Notes: a model not told the origin generated them from the letters alone. Positions 14,680 through 28,313 are shown, counted from the stretch's first letter. The stretch: DNA of 64,000 bases from Tubiluchus corallicola (GCA_030141605.1 JAQGDQ010000286.1:62001-126000), one strand, 5' to 3'. Translations and numbers: made by a program.

Positions 14680-15570
14680 ATAAATTTCATTTATTTTAAG
14701 TGGGTTGACATACAGTAATGTTGCTGATCGGAGTTTTTTCACATTGCAACAAATAAATTTTAGTTGAGAACAGATACATACAATTGGTTATTAAGAATAT
14801 AGTAACATGTTAGTTAGTTAGTTCAAAAACACAAGTAATTTATTAGCTAACACTTAAAATTTAAATATACAAAGCCCACAGAGTACAGAAGTGATACCAG
14901 AATCAATTATCAATGTACATCATCCCATTAGTTATACAAAAGTATGATTTCTCAATAACTGGTGTTTAATTCAAAAATCAAAAATTTAAAATAATTCAGG
15001 TTATAATTCAATATACAGTTAAACGTATTAAATCAATTAGCAAAACGTTTAATAGACTTTATGTAGTTCTGCAACAATTTGAGGAGAATGCTACTGGATG
15101 GATGACCTGATCTGAGTTTATGAAAAATGTCGTTGTAAATAATAGCAGGTCTAGGGTTGCCATGTAATTCTTAAGTTACGTGTCAATAATAACAGAGCTG
15201 ATTCAATAATAGTGTTCTGTGTATGTCACAGTTTGAACACTCAAAAAATAATGGCGCGGGGGGGAGGGGTCTCAGTTGAATTGTTGCAGCTACATGAAGG
15301 GTCATCGATAATATTCCTGGAAACCAAATCACCTTTTAATTGTGAAAAATTGGCAATGAATCTATTTGTTGAAATCTCCTTGCTTCTACCATCATTATAA
15401 TTGGGACATACTGATTTAGTACGAATTTAGTGGGTATTTATATGAGTTTCAGTTGTTACTAAAACACGTGTGGTGCCCTTAAGACAGAATTTTGCATGGT
15501 CATCCCAGTAAAATGACTGAAAAACAACGTCTACACCGAATTTACGTAATTATTGTGTATATTGGAAGCT
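14680..15570 (+). repeat. Left arm of a ~870-bp long inverted repeat
   Basis: Collinear reverse complement of ~18660-19515 (e.g. AAAATGACTGAAAAACAACGTCTACAC vs GTGTAGACGTTGTTTTTCAGTCATTTT). Confidence 0.92.
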
Positions 15571-16063
15571 TAACTACAAGTCTAAGTGGCTGTTGCCAAC
15601 AGCGCACATTTGGGACCAGCTAAAGATTAATGATTGTTCCAAGCGCTTGCATAAATCTCTCTCAAGGGTCTACTCACATTATCCATGCTGCAGCATCCAC
15701 AAATTATTAGCATCTTACACGCGTGGTTATGCAGCGTCACACACTCAATGGTCTTATAATTTGTAGCAACTGGGTACGCGTCACTAGAAACAAGCACTCC
15801 GCGTGATGGATGAGGATGCTAAATCACTAATGAGTGCACTTGCGGATGCTGAAGAAAGTGCTTAATTAATTGCGTTTTTTGGCTTGATGAAAAATGCACT
15901 TTAATAACAATAACAGTTTCCAGTCGGTACAATGTGATTTACACACATAGCAAAAAACGTGAATTATTAGTAAATCGTTAACAGTAGTTTTGCATGTAAA
16001 CATTTCGATTTTTCATTAATATCTGTGCTTTACCACCGACAGTGCAATTTAGCGATACAAGGG

Positions 16064-16718
16064 TTAATGGAAGACAAGATGATTTATTTATATATTAACA
16101 CCAATAATACTCCAAAAGCGTTTCTGATAATTAAATTATAGATTAAAATCTTAATTAACGGCAGGCGAGCCCTGCTACTAATGACATCACAAACTAACAT
16201 AATTTTTCTGCTAATTAAATTATAGATTAAAAACATAATTAACGGCGGGCTCCCCTTATTGATGACATCACAAACTAACATAATTTTCAACAGCAAAAAT
16301 ATTGCACGAGCGTGTTGCGCGTGTTTGCAAAAGCAAAAACAGAAGTACAGTGTTACTGTAAGATATTCAGTGTGTTGAACTAAAACTAGGTAGGTTTTAA
16401 GATAAAAATTCAATTTTCAAATTTGTCACTGTACGCACGCATGAGCTGTCAAACATGTGTAGTTCGTCAGAAACTGACACATATTAACTGAGAGGTACAG
16501 CACCTGTTTTTTACGCAATACGTTTTCGAAATGCGGGCGCTACTGCCCATCTAACTAGCAAATGGCGAAATGCATGTGAAACAGGTGAAATTGTGTTTGT
16601 ATGGTAATAATTCTTTCACGTAAATCATTTTTGAAAAAAATAGTGTGTTTCCTTTCAATATTTTAAAGAGTAGATTGTTTTGACCTACAGTTTAAGATTG
16701 GGTTCCGTTTTGCTTTAA
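16064..16718 (-). mobile_element. Kolobok-like MITE family A, near full length
   Basis: TTAA at both ends; collinear with 19625-20237 and, inverted, with 49550-50172 and 54572-55193. Contains an internal ~85-bp duplication. Confidence 0.85.
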
Positions 16719-16962
16719 TCAATTTACAAACTTCTGTGCTGTATCGAAAATAGTTTCATTAGGTCAAAATTAAAAAGTAAGTTTCCGTGTAATAAAGTAT
16801 GAATTTTAGTTTCGGTGTTTAATTTTATAATATTAATAATGAGGTTAAGTAAACTCCCCCTGCTCCCCCTTTAAATGAATGTAATGTGTTAGTTTGCTTA
16901 CTGTCTGCATTGTATGTAAATATTATTTATTATTTGAGTTAAAGATTTATAATAATAATAAC

Positions 16963-17003
<41 letters not shown>

Positions 17004-17821
17004 TAAGAAATATTGACTAAATAAATTATATATATATATATATATACACAAACAACGATAAATTTACAGTTGTATATTATTTAATACGTTATTCCTGTAA
17101 GTTTTATCTTTGCAAGTTTAAATGTATGGAGTCCAAAAAGTGCCAAATTGCCAAAATATCAAACAAACAAACGAAGAATGACAACTGCAACTGTTTGTGG
17201 TGTGGAAGACACTTAAATATCATCGTAGAAACTATTTGTGGTGTACAAGTGCAACACTCCACTTTCCCAGATGTACGAAGATTACAGTGTGCACGAAATA
17301 CCGTAAATAAAGTTTTGGTGGTTTGAAATAAAATTTGAAATCACTGTGCGCTTGTAACGCCTTAAACAAACACAAATTTTGACACGAACAATCGAATAGT
17401 TTTGTTGAACTTTTTTGACAAATTAATCTCTCTTGGCAGAAGCTCGCCGACGTTGCTAAGCACACAGAAACGCTGAAAAACTGTTTGATTTGTTGGGTTG
17501 TAAATAAAGTTCACAGTCAACAATTTAAAGATTAGATTCAACCGTTAAACAAGCTTCAAAGTAGCTAACCCACATACAAACTTGAAAAATCTCACACTTA
17601 CATGGTTAATAATTTCCTAATCAACGCGAGACAAACGTTTTCTTATTACTGTCTAAGTCAAATGCGGAGTTTAGCGTAATTCTGTGTTTTAATCTGACTT
17701 ATGTCTCGGCGATGACGGCAGTGAAATAGCAGATTTTCTGGATTGTGTGCTGTTATGAGCTTAAGACAAAGATTTGATATGGAGTCGTGATGTCAGCCGT
17801 CGGCCGCGCTGATATTTCATG

Positions 17822-18300
17822 GAATTTCTCACAATAATTGCTACAGACGTGCTTAGCAGAATGAAACTGTATCAACAAAGTATACCTTATAAATTATTGA
17901 TATTTAATTCGTTATTTAATTAGTTAATTATATTAATAAAGATTTCGAAAATTCACCCCCTAATTGCTATAGACGTGTTTCGGAGAATGAAACAGTGTCA
18001 ACAAAGTATACTTTATAAAATATTCATATGTAATTAGTTTATTTAATTAGTTAATTATATTAATAAAGATTCCGAGACTTTCTCACGATAATTACTACAG
18101 ACGTCCTTTATTATCAAAGCGTATCAATAAAGTATACTTTGTAAATTATTAATATTTAATTAGTTAATTATATTAATAATGATATCGAGAATTCCCCCAC
18201 TAAGTGCTACAGGCGTGCTTCGGAGAATGAAACTGTATCAACAAAATATACTTTGTAAATTATTAATATTTAATTAGTTTATTATTAATAAGGATTTCGA
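17822..18300. repeat. ~120-bp tandem repeat, about 4 units
   Basis: TGCTACAGACGTG...GAATGAAACTGTATCAACAAAGTATAC...TTAATAAAGATTTCGA recurs at ~17840, 17965, 18095 and 18205. Confidence 0.88.
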
Positions 18301-18659
18301 ATGGCATAAATCATTATCATTATTTTAATAACCTCGTGTATGTAAGATATAAAGGTTAATGTTGGCCACTATTCAATTCAATTCAAATTTTGAAATATAA
18401 ATTTTTAATATAAATAGACGAAAATAACAAACGAATCATCAAAAACATTAATTATCGGTTTTGAAGAAAATTAAACAATTTTTATCAAATTAACTTGACT
18501 TTTCATAGTTATAATTTAAATTGAAACTTAATTTAAATAGTTATAAATAGTTACTTTCATAACTTATCAAATTTTCATAACGTACATTAGAAATATTCCT
18601 AAGAAAAATCCCAATTTTTCACATTTAAAAGGTGATTTGTTTCCAGGAATGTCATCAAT

Positions 18660-19515
18660 GAGGCTTCGTATATCCACAATAATTACGTAAATTCTGTGTA
18701 GACGTTGTTTTTCAGTCATTTTACTGGGGTGACCACGCAAAATTCTGTCTTAAGGGCGCCACACGTGTTTTAGTAACAACTGAAACTCATATAAATACCC
18801 ACTAAATTCGTACTAAATCAGTATGTCTCAATGATAAAGATGGTCGAAGTAATGAGATTTCAGCAAATAGATTCATTGCCAATTTTTCACAATTAGAAGG
18901 TGATTTGGTTTCCATGAATATTACCGATGACCTTCAGTGAGCTGCAACAATTCGACTGAGACCCCCCGCCATTATTTTTCGAATGTTAAAACTGTGATAT
19001 ACACAGAACATTATCGACACGTAACTCAAGAATTACATGGCAACCCTAGACCTGCTATTATTTACAACAACATTTCTCATAAACTCAGATCAGGTCATCC
19101 ATCCAGTAGCATTCTCTTCAAATTGTTGCGGAACTACATAAAGTCAATTAAACGTTTTGCTAATTGATTGTACGTTTAACTGTATATTGAATTATAACCT
19201 GAATTATTTTAAATTTTGGACTTTTGAATTAAACACCAGTTATTGAGCAATCATGCTTTTGTATAACTAATAGGATGATGTACATTGATAATTGTTTCTG
19301 GTATCACTTCTGTACTCTGTGGGCTTTGTATATTTCAATTTTAAGTGTTAGCTAATGAATTACTTGTGTTTTTGAATTAACCATCTATGTAACTACATTC
19401 TTGATAACCAGTTGTATATAACTGTTCTCAACTAAAATGTATTTGTTGCAAAATGGAAAAACTCCGATCACTAATATTACTGTATGTCAACCCAGTTAAA
19501 CTAAATAAAGTTTAT
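18660..19515 (-). repeat. Right arm of the ~870-bp long inverted repeat
   Basis: Reverse complement of 14680-15570, with scattered substitutions. Confidence 0.92.
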
Positions 19516-19624
19516 TCCTAGACTCTCCTAGGTAGTTGTGATTCAACTTAAGTCTAGATTTACGTAGGTTTTTTTTTGAAATTTCAGATGCAAGATTGTT
19601 CAAACGATCAACACATTAAAAAGC

Positions 19625-20237
19625 TTAAAAGGAAGACAGGATGATTTTTTATATACTACTCGAATTCCAAGTCCGGTAAGTACACATTTTAACACAATTA
19701 ATACTGCAAAAGCGTTTCTGATAATTAAAAAATAGATAAAAATCTTAATTAATAGCGGACGATCCCAACTATTGATGACATCACAAACGAACATAATTTT
19801 CAACAGCAAAAATATTCCACGAGCGTGTTGCACGTGTTTTCGAAAACGAAAATTGAAGTACAGTGCTACTGTAAGATATTCAGTGTAGTATACTAAAACT
19901 AGGCAAGTTTTAAGATAAAAATTCAAATTTGAAATTTATCGCGCATGAGCTGTCGAACGTGTGCCGTTCGTCACAAACTGACACGGCTGAAACGAGAGGT
20001 ACAGCACTTGTTTTTTGTGCAACGCGTTTCCGAAATGCAGTAGCTAGTTCCGTTTAACCAGCGAATATCGAAATACACGTAACAGTAAAGAACTAGTGGC
20101 ACGAGCATGAATTTGTGTTTGTATGGTAATACTTCTTTCACGTAAGTCATTTTTGAACAAATTCTGTTCCTTTTCAATATTTTAAAGAGTGGATTATTTT
20201 GACCTACAGTTATAGATTGGCTCTGGTTTTGCTTTAA
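19625..20237 (-). mobile_element. Kolobok-like MITE family A, full length
   Basis: TTAA..AGGAAGACAGGATG at one end and GGTTTTGCT-TTAA at the other. Imperfect ~12-bp TIR (AGCAAAACCGGA vs AGGAAGACAGGA). TTAA target sites with AG/CT termini are characteristic of Kolobok. Confidence 0.85.
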
Positions 20238-21113
20238 AGTTAACAGTAACCCGAAGAAATATATTTTTTTATTATAATAAATAAACTACATTAAATTAAC
20301 TACACCAAGCTGTTCTAAAAAGAATAAAAAATTAGTGATATTTTATCTCTTACCATGTTCGTGATCTGTTACAGAATTCAGTTGATGTAATTCAACCTCT
20401 GATTCAAAATCGTAACGTCAAAGACGTTTTTTGCAGTCTGCGCACAGCAAAACTAATAAATACATGAATTCTGATTTAGAATTTTAACACAATAATAATA
20501 AGTCTATGAGCACCTCAATTTAAAAACAGTAATTATATGTCTATAACCACGTGAACATAACAGCGCATTGTTCCCTTCATCAGACCATAGATACACCCCT
20601 TTATCAAACCATAGATACATTTTTGAAACATGAATTCATTCTGCTCCTAAACGCGTAGATGTATTACTCACACTTGAGGCAAAATTACAAAGTAACTTTC
20701 AGCCTGCAGACGTCAAACCACAATAAAACTGCTTAGAACTGCTAGCATTTATACTTATAGACTACATCTCTCCCCAAATCCTCCTATATCCTCTAAATGA
20801 GCTTTAGCAAGCCTATACAGACAGAAATTTAACTAATGCATATATACGTATATATATATCCTTTCACTAATTACTACCTGAAAGCTTACTAATTAAAATC
20901 CTCGTGACGAGTTTTTACGAATAAATGGCTTAGTCTGTATTAGAGCAGCTCGTTGAAAGAAACGCAAAGTCATTAAATCAGATTTTTCTCTGGAGTTTTC
21001 TGTTCATGGCGAGAGGTAAGGTTGGTGTTCCTGGGAAAATTATACGACAATTCTTCGTTAAGCGGGTTGCAATGCAAAACTTACCAAAGCATAAAAATAA
21101 AGGGCCAAATTCG

Positions 21114-21160
21114 GATGACGTCATACGTCTCGCGAGACCACGTGGAGCGCTCCTGGTGGA
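21114..21160. promoter_or_regulatory. Cluster of CRE, TCTCGCGAGA and E-box motifs with a CTCF-like site
   Basis: GA-TGACGTCA-TACG-TCTCGCGAGA-C-CACGTG-GAGCGCTCCTGGTGGA in a locally CpG-rich patch. Function is not demonstrated. Confidence 0.35.
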
Positions 21161-21997
21161 GGGTCGGCGTAGCTCATTATTTTGGCACTTCACTAACAGA
21201 AAGACTGAATGAGGGGAAAAAATCGGAAAGAGGATTGGGAAGTTATAAGCTGCTTAGCGACAAAATAAGCCTATTCCTACTAATAAGACAGAAAGGGTTT
21301 TTCTTCCTGATGAAACCAGCAGTGACACAAAGACAGAAAAAGAGAAAGAACACGGCAGCAAGAAATGGAACAGTCTGTGCACATCAGAAAAGGGGGAGGT
21401 TCTAGCAGCTCCTAAGTCTATTGATGTATACAATAACAATAATAATAATAACAACACCTCTTTAAATCCAGTATACTTTTTTTATACAATTTGCTTAGCT
21501 TTATTAAAACAGTTTTAGACGGTTGAGACTGAAGTTTAACTACGTTCCTGTTAAGCAATCCGTGTATCAGTGCGCCACGACAGAATGCGTGATTAACAAT
21601 AACAAAAAATTAGTTCCATTTGTAACGCTGGAATGGCGAATATTCCTTTATGCGATACGCTTACCGCAGCTTTACATGCGTGGAGAAATAGTGCTTAAAT
21701 CAGATTTTCGTTTCAATTTACTTCGACTAATAAAACCGGAAGTCCTCGAAGGCGCCGGAAGTCAAGTATTAAAGAGGCAAAATATGTTGGAGAAGCTGTT
21801 ATGGCTTCAAAGGCTGAGATTAACAATGCGTCGTGCTTAAAGTATTACTAACTTTCCTATAAGAGTAAAATATTTTTACGACATATTTTATACGACACTA
21901 AGAGAGAAAACTAACTAAATAAATAATCATGAATAATTAAAAAAAATTTAAGTAAATAAATAATTGAATAAATAGATAACAAAAAAGATAAATAAAT

Positions 21998-22085
21998 AAT
22001 GATAGCGATGAATGCCATGATACTGATGATGATGATGGCGGTAATAATGATCATGATGATAACGATGATGATGGTGATGATTGTA

Positions 22086-22181
<96 letters not shown>

Positions 22182-22292
22182 GTAGTGATGACGATGAATG
22201 CTATGATACTGATGATGATGATGGTGATAACGATGATGATGGTGTTGATGATTGTAATGATGATGAAGATGATCATGATGATCATGATGATA
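21998..22292. repeat. (GAT)n trinucleotide microsatellite
   Basis: Directly visible; source of the poly-Met and poly-Ile ORFs. Confidence 0.98.
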
Positions 22293-22857
22293 ACTAATAT
22301 TCTATAATATTAGTTTTATCTATTTTTATCTATAATTATTTTGTTTGTCTGCAGTATCACTATATTTGAAAATTGTAATTAATTGCATATCTTGTTTTTT
22401 CTTGTATTTTTGGCACTAATAAATATGAAATATATTATTGATACACCTGTTTCGGGGGGCATAATATTTTGAAACAATGTTTGACACAAAGAAAATAAAG
22501 TCCCAGAATGGTACTTTTAAGTCAAAGTACTGGAATCAATTACTATAAAGATAATATGTTTATTGTGAATAAACAATAACAAAAACCAAGCGACGATTTC
22601 ACCGAATAAGCTTATCATTCCGTTATCACAGTTCTATTATATCATATAATATATATAATATATGTTTCATATATCACTACAGACAAAGAAATAAATATTC
22701 ATTTAGTTTATATGGGGAATATTTAAAATTCATTTTCGAATAGCTAATGAATCGTTCTGTTTTTAATTCAGTAGAAATGTCACACATACAATGAAAGATA
22801 AATTATATTTCTTATCCATCATAAAACAATGCCAAAGCAACGTTAAGGCAAATACTG

Positions 22858-23697
22858 AAACTATATACTATATGCAGTAACTATACATTTGTTAGTAACT
22901 ATATACTATATGCAGTAACTATACATTTGTTAGTAACTATAGACTATATGCAGTAACTATACATTTGTTAGTAACTATATACTATATGCAGTAACTATAC
23001 ATTTGTTAGTAACTATAGACTATATGCAGTAACTGTACATTTGTTAGTAACTATAGACTATATGCAGTAACTATACATTTGTTAGTAACTATAGACTATA
23101 TGCAGTAACTATAATTTATCAGTATGTATAGACTATAGGCAGGAACTATAATTTGTTAGTAACTATATACTATATGCAGTAACTATACATTTGTTAGTAA
23201 CTATAGACTATATGCAGTAACTATACATTTGTTAGTAACTATAGACTATATGCAGTAACTATAATTTATCAGTATGTATAGACTATAGGCAGGAACTATA
23301 ATTTGTTAGTAACTATAGACTATTTTCAGTAACTATACATTTATTAGTAACTATAAACTATATGAAGTAACTATATTTTATTAGTAACTGTATATTATGT
23401 GCAGTAACTATGCATTTATTAATAACTGTACACTATATGCAGTAACTATATATTTATTAGTAACTATAAACTATATGTAGTAACTATACATTTATTAGTA
23501 ACTATACATTTGTTAGTAACTATAAACTATATGAAGAAACTATATTTTATTAGTAACTGTATATTATGTGCAGTAACTATGCATTTATTAATAACTATAC
23601 ACTATATGCAGTAAGTATACATTTATTAGTAACTATAGACTACATGCAGTAACTGTACAGCTATTAGTAACTATAGACTATATGTAATACTATAGAC
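22858..23697. repeat. 38-bp minisatellite (two related 20+18-bp subunits), ~22 units, with a 150-bp higher-order duplication
   Basis: AACTATAGACTATATGCAGT-AACTATACATTTGTTAGT has period 38. The variant block ATAATTTATCAGTATGTATAGACTATAGGCAGG occurs at 23111 and 23261. Confidence 0.95.
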
Positions 23698-25315
23698 TTA
23701 CAGTAAACAGGCTTGCAGACTAAAATTGCAAAAAATGTTGCGAAATTTCAGTCAAATGTTTCCTAAGCATCTCGTAAACTGGCGCTAAACCCTTTCAGAC
23801 GTTCTTAAATTCTTTGTAAGCCTTTAGAACAGAGTTGGTTAATCCACGTCCCACTAGAAACGTTAGCATGTTGTAAATCATGTTGGCGATAAGTAATTTA
23901 GACGGTTTACGACACACACAGTATTATGATACAGCAGCGCGAAGCTTGCTAAGAACTCGAATCCCTCTAAATCTGCAGTGAGATTAATATCTATGACAAG
24001 GCCTATCAATAGAGGGAGTAATACTCTTAAATAAAGTCCTCCTTTCTGTTTGGGATTGTGGAAGGGGGAATTAACTAAGGAAGATAAGGCTTGTGTACGA
24101 ACTTCCCTAAATCTCACATTTGAGTTTCAGTCGTTGTGGAGTGAAGTTCGCTTGCGAGAAAAGTCGCGTTTAGCAGTAAAAAACGCAAAAAAGCAAAAAA
24201 ATCGCGTGCGTAAAAGTGTCGTGTGTGTGCGGTTAAACACGCTGGTTTTAAAATGGCGTCTCTATACGATGTGGCTTTGTCTTGATTACTGAATAATTAC
24301 CGTATTAAATATTGCTAATGTGTACGTTTGTGAGGTATACAAGCTTCAGCCTTTGGCAGCCAACGTAAGAATGCTTGCGTTGCCATTCTGACGTCCTTTA
24401 CGCCCGCGCCTAGGCCTTCTAGTCGCCTACGTAGGCGAAAGAATGGCCTGGCAGTGTTTCGCGCATTGATATCAACATAGTGAACAAAGAACTAAAGATG
24501 AGAAAGTAGAACTAGATTTTCACCGTCTATTTGACACACGAATCGACCTACAGTTTCGAATGTGTAGGCAGTCATGTTGGAATTAACTACTGTGTACTTG
24601 TTGCTAGAATTTCTCTTCGGAAAATGTTTTTATAAACGCATGCATGAATACTGAATGCATAAAGACTTGTTATAGAAGGGTCTATTTTAAGTGTGGTATA
24701 ATTTTTAACTACTGTGATAGTGCCCTAAATAATTTAAGCATCCTAGTAATTAGAATCAGCTTAATTAAAAGATAACAGCCCAGATGAAGTCGAAAGATAA
24801 ACAAATTCTGGAAGCGACAAACATTTCCAAGTTCAATTTTGACAAAAAAGCAAAGATTTACGCCATTCTAGTTTAAATTTAAGGTTTTGCAAGTATGTAA
24901 ACAAATGTATTTAAAGATATTCGTCACGCATGGTATATGGATCCAATATGATCCAGTTGGTGAGGCGTCAGGGACGTTGATACGGGGAGGAGGGGGCAGA
25001 GGGGGGTATTGTCATTTGACCAACTTACAAACATGTCTGTAAGATACCAACTTTTGTTATGAGCGCCAAAGAAGAAAGGAATTAAGAAATGACGGAGTTA
25101 AATGAACAAAAATTGAAAGGCAAAAATGTCAAGAAAATGTTTAGAGGTTGCGTTTTAGTTATTTGCATTGTTTAGGTATCAATATTTGGAGGTATCATTA
25201 CTGATACAAAATTCATTGTGTTTCAATATTAAATTGTTTTGAACTTCAGGTTCATCTTGCAGCTTTCAGTCTTCAGAAAATTGCCTGTGATATTCTATTA
25301 CCTAAAGAAATTTAT

Positions 25316-25316
<1 letters not shown>

Positions 25317-25377
<61 letters not shown>

Positions 25378-25519
25378 TAAATATACACACGCACTCATAT
25401 ATATATATATATATATATATTATGTATATGAGTGCGTGTGTATGTGTGTTTGTGTGCGTGTGTGTGTGTGTGCGTGTGTGTGTGCGTGTTTGTGTGAGGG
25501 TGTTTGTGTGAGGGTGTTT

Positions 25520-25618
<99 letters not shown>
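25317..25618. repeat. (CATACA)n-(TA)n-(TG)n compound microsatellite
   Basis: Directly visible. Confidence 0.97.
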
Positions 25619-25905
25619 GTGTATGTAATAGCCAATTTTTTGCTTAAATTTCCTTTTACAATAGAATATCACAGAATTTTCGGGAGACCGAAAGCTACAA
25701 CCTCAAGGTCTAAACAATTTAATTTTGAAACAAAGTCACAAAATGGATTGATGAAAAGTATATTAATTATATACCTGCGTAGTTTTCACTTGTATCAACA
25801 ACAAATTACATTGTTGTTTGAATAATAATTATTTTTGTGAACCGCTGATGCATGGTGAGATTATAATGTATAATATATATACTATATAATATATAATATA
25901 TATTT

Positions 25906-26130
25906 GAATGGAATAGAATAGAATAGAATAGAATAGAATAGAATAGAATAGAATAGAATAGAATAGAATAGAATAGAATAGAATAGAATAGAACAGCATG
26001 GAATAGAATAGAATAGAATAGAATAGAATAGAATAGAATAGAATAGAATAGAATAGAATAGAATAGAATAGAATAGAATAGAATAGAATAGAACAGAACA
26101 GAATAGAATAGAACAGCATGGAATAGAATA
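25906..26130. repeat. (GAATA)n pentanucleotide array
   Basis: Directly visible. Confidence 0.97.
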
Positions 26131-26434
26131 CATTATACAAAGTTGTAGCACCACAATTGTTAACGATATATTATATAATGAAATGATATCAAATTTAAAA
26201 TTTTAATTGAAACCTTGCATTTCAATAGCTTTAGGCGTCTTTTACTTTCAAATGGTGAATATTATTAGTGGAAGTTGTGATACGTACGTATATATATTTA
26301 TCTACACAATTTTTATATTTTAATATTGAACGTTTATTTTTCGAAAGTTTAATATTTAAAGTGGTAAATTAAGCAGTTTTTTAATTAATCCTCCTTTTAC
26401 CACAGTTTCTGTGTATCAAAGTAAAAATAAATTG

Positions 26435-27190
26435 CTATTCTGTTCTGTTCTATTCTGTTCTGTTCTGTTCTGTCCTGTTCTGTTCTTTTCTTTTCTTTTC
26501 TTTTCTGTTCTGTTCTTTTCTGTTCTGTTCTTTTCTGTTCTGTTCTGTTCTGTTCTGTTCTGTTCTGTTCTGTTCTGTTCTTTTCTGTTCTGTTCTGTTC
26601 TGTTCTGTTCTGTTCTGTTCTGTTCTGTTCTGTTCTGTTCTTTTCTATTCTATTTTGTCCTATTCTGTTCTATTCTATTCTATTCTATTCTATTCTATTC
26701 TATTCTATTCTATTCTATTCTATTCTATTCTATTCTATTCTATTGTATTCTATTCTATTTAATTCTATCCTATCCTATCCTATCGCATCGTATCGTATCG
26801 TATCATATCAAATGTTATCACATCATATCATATCATAATATATTCTGTTCCATCCTCTTCTATTTTGTTTTATTCTATTCTATTCTATTCTGTTCTATTC
26901 TATTCTATTCTATTCTATTCTATTCTATTCTATTCTATTCTATTCTATTCTATTCTATTCTATTTCATTCTATCCTATCCCATCCTATCGCATCACATCG
27001 TATCGTATCGTATCATATCAAATGTTATCACATCGTATCATATCATAATATATTCTGCTCCATCCTCTTCTATTCTGTTTTATTCTGTTCTACTCTATTT
27101 TATTCCTACTCAATTCTATTCTATTCTATTCTATTCTATTCTATTCTATTCTATTCTATTCTATTCTATTCTATTCTATTCTATTCTATC
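26435..27190. repeat. (TTCTG)n/(TTCTA)n pentanucleotide array with an internal ~200-bp duplication
   Basis: Directly visible. ATCGTATCGTATCGTATCATATCAAATGTTATCACATC occurs at ~26787 and ~26997. Confidence 0.97.
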
Positions 27191-27946
27191 ATTCTCTAAT
27201 GAAGAACTGGGTATAATAACACACTATACCTGTGTGAAATTCCGCACATGCGCATTAGGGACGCAGAAATCACACCTAATTACCTCGTTAATAATTAACG
27301 GATATTAATGAAGCGACTACACCACACTATACAATATTTATCTCAGGTGTAACATAATACACGTCAACACCTGTATGGGTCCAGGAGATAATGTATTAAT
27401 AACATTAAACGGATAATATTAACGCTCGTCGTCTCCGTAACGTGTAATTTGCGAGCATTAAACGTAAATTTTGTAATGGGATATATTAAAGATGGATACT
27501 AATTCAAGATCGTGTTACAGATAATCCAGGACGTGAAATTGTCTATGAAAATAATTAAATTAAACGACTTTATCACATGATTTTATTATTACTGCAGCAA
27601 CCCCCAAACTTATCACATTTTATCAAACATTGGATAAGTCTTCTCTCTTTAAAGGACAAGAAAAGGGGTACCCGAAGTAGGTTCCAGAAAATCGCTTTGA
27701 AATTATATAACTTTATAGCTATTTTATCCGTGCATCGTACTCGCGTTGAAGGGAATTTTTGTTTGTTTTCATTTTAAATCTCCCGCATTAGTGTTCTGTT
27801 CTCGCACAACGTAAATCAGGAAAAAGAAATGTTAAATTATGTCCCAAAAAACTTTCCATGCAAACTTATATTACTTAGTATTTTATTTACTTCGTTGAAA
27901 GACTAACTTTAAATAGGAAAGAAAATTATTTATTATTTAAAATGCT

Positions 27947-28313
27947 TTCCCAAATGGTAAAATGTCGTTGACTCCTGGGTGCACCACTCACTAACCAAAA
28001 TACTTATTTCTAATCTTATTGACAAGATATAATAATTTAAAATTTTATTTAATTAGCGACGTGTGCACTACGCATGCTCTGATTATTTCTTCAAACTTTA
28101 CTCAGTGTTATCTAAACTTGTTTCAAATAACCCATCGTCAAAATGGCTGCATCTAACGATCATCGCGAGTGTTTAAATATACGCGTTTTATACAGCGTTA
28201 ATAGCTGCATCTATAACGACATTTCAAATATACATGTTTTATGCAGCGTTACTGCCAACACAAGCGCTGTTTGCAAAAAGACAGTATGTAAGATGTATAA
28301 AAATTTCAAGACG
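27947..28313 (-). mobile_element. Dispersed repeat family B (unclassified), inverted copy
   Basis: Reverse complement of 28680-28987; homologous to 32303-32420, 42677-42970 and 47190-47500. Confidence 0.8.

Noticed and set aside
16084-16413. Recurrent MNFYLK... ORF (also at 19600 and 54889)
   Set aside because: It lies inside MITE family A, has variable length and is interrupted in the 49550 copy; not a transposase.
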